Shown piece by piece: positions 62,775-64,000 of a DNA stretch of 64,000 nt. Each line of letters begins with the position of its first letter. Within the stretch, counting starts at the first letter, position 1. This DNA is from an uncultured delta proteobacterium (lineage in GTDB: Bacteria > Myxococcota_A > Polyangia > Polyangiales > Polyangiaceae): positions 3,168,001 to 3,232,000 of the forward strand of contig CAWDXG010000004.1 in assembly GCA_963806225.1 (NCBI GenBank), in the 5' to 3' direction. The notes under the pieces were generated by a model, which saw nothing but the letters and a program-made list of their open reading frames with translations, did no database searches and was not told where the DNA came from. Both the position numbers and the translations under genes were made by a program.

Positions 62775-64000
62775 TCAGTCCTCGACGAGCCGGGGGGCAT
62801 CGATCCTCTGGAGAACTGCAGACGGTTGGGCGTCGCGACGGACAAAGAAGTTTCCGACCACCAGAACCTCGAGCCCGCTGTGAGCGAAAGTCCGGACCGC
62901 GTCCAGCGGCCTGGAAACGATGGGCTCGCCGCGCAGGTTGAACGAAGTATTCAGTAGCACGGGGACGCCCGTGCGCTGGTGGAACGCGGAAAGCAGCGCC
63001 CAGAAACGGGGGTTCTCGCGCCGATTGACGGTCTGGATGCGCGCCGAACCGTCCACATGCGTGACCGCGGGAAGCGGCGCCCGGACGCGCACGGCATCGA
63101 AGTCGCCGAACGCCCCGAGCTCGGCTCCGTCGAAGTTCCGCACGGCGAGCGTGCGCGTCATGTAGGGCGAAGGGCGGGCAACGACGAACCAGGCATCGGC
63201 CTGTGCTTCCAGCACGGCGGGCGCGAACGGACGGAAGCTCTCCCGCCGCTTCATCTCGCGGTTCACGCGCGCGCGCACGCCCTCGCCGCGGGCATCCGCC
63301 AGGATGGAGCGCGCCCCGAGCGCGCGAGGCCCGAACTCCATCCGCCCCTGGAACCAGCCCACGATTTTGCCGTCGGCGAGCGCGGCCGCGGTGCGCTCGT
63401 CGATCTGCTCGTCTTCCAGCCGCTCGTACACCAGGCCCAATCCGTCGAGCGTGCTCTGGATCCCGGCGTCGTCGATTCGCGGTCCGAGCAGGGCACCGCG
63501 CATCGCGTCGCCGCCGGGGGCGCGTGTGGGTCGCGAACCGGGCTCGAGCTCCTGCGCGCCGAGCAGGGCCGCGCCGAGCGCTCCGCCGGCGTCTCCCGCG
63601 GCCGGTTGGACGAATACGTCGGCGACCACTCCTTCGTCGAGCAGCTTGCCCACGGCAACGCAGTTGAGCGCTACGCCGCCGGCCATGCAGATGCGCCCCT
63701 GCCCCGTCACCTCTCTGGCGTGGAGCACGATCCTGCGCATGGCATCCTCGACGATGACCTGTGCGGACGCCGCGATGTCCGCTTCGCGCTGGCCCAGCGG
63801 CGCGCCGGCTGGCCGCGGGGGCCCGCCCAGGAATGCGCCCAGCGACTCGCGTCCGATCGACAGCCCCGCCGGGAAGTCGAAGTGGCGCAGGTTCAGGCGG
63901 ATGGTCCCGTCGTCACCGACGAAGACGACCTCCTTCTGCAGCGCCTCGACGAAGCGCGGTTGGCCGTACGGCGAAAGCCCCATCAATTTGTACTCCCCCG
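62775..64000 (-). CDS. O-carbamoyltransferase (NodU/CmcH family), 5' end outside the window
   Basis: GEYKLMGLSPYG, AGGVALNC, QPAAGDAG, EFGPRALGARS, RESFRPFAP, HVDGSARIQ and LNTSFN. Confidence 0.95.
   Translation of the reverse strand, partial: GEYKLMGLSPYGQPRFVEALQKEVVFVGDDGTIRLNLRHFDFPAGLSIGRESLGAFLGGPPRPAGAPLGQREADIAASAQVIVEDAMRRIVLHAREVTGQGRICMAGGVALNCVAVGKLLDEGVVADVFVQPAAGDAGGALGAALLGAQELEPGSRPTRAPGGDAMRGALLGPRIDDAGIQSTLDGLGLVYERLEDEQIDERTAAALADGKIVGWFQGRMEFGPRALGARSILADARGEGVRARVNREMKRRESFRPFAPAVLEAQADAWFVVARPSPYMTRTLAVRNFDGAELGAFGDFDAVRVRAPLPAVTHVDGSARIQTVNRRENPRFWALLSAFHQRTGVPVLLNTSFNLRGEPIVSRPLDAVRTFAHSGLEVLVVGNFFVRRDAQPSAVLQRIDAPRLVED

Noticed and set aside
61077..64000. Saxitoxin biosynthesis
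   Set aside because: Only the generic carbamoyltransferase/J/K/SGNH cassette is present; no sxtA, sxtG or sxtB in view.

Overview
GC-rich bacterial chromosomal window that reads as myxobacterial (Polyangiales-like). The assignment is inferred from a FrzS/AglZ-type pseudo-receiver coiled-coil protein, many Cys-rich lipoproteins with Gly-rich linkers, a Ser/Thr kinase and an ECF/FecR pair. Positions 1-49.3 kb are mostly scattered housekeeping and envelope genes: hisIE, a punA-cdd-amidohydrolase nucleoside operon, infA, priA, lysC, a Gld-like ABC operon, pheT and pckA. This part also holds a decayed IS481-family element and an isolated FliO-like + FliP/SctR pair. The most unusual part is 49.4-64 kb: five genes encoding seven radical-SAM domains. 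These include two tandem double-rSAM proteins (one fused to a Gfo/Idh/MocA domain), an rSAM with a split Cx24Cx2C motif and a cobalamin-type rSAM. They are interleaved with a Gfo/Idh/MocA-like/DUF483-like fusion and followed by an SGNH + SxtJ/K-like + carbamoyltransferase module that runs off the window. No precursor peptide is visible. Non-coding signals include two related AT-rich double palindromes (TGTRGC-N5-GCYACA x2) between convergent genes and a recurrent TAnnnT box 6-8 nt before start codons. Many 1-2 nt frameshifts, including two in priA, are probably assembly errors. All calls are from motif recognition by eye; no searches were run.
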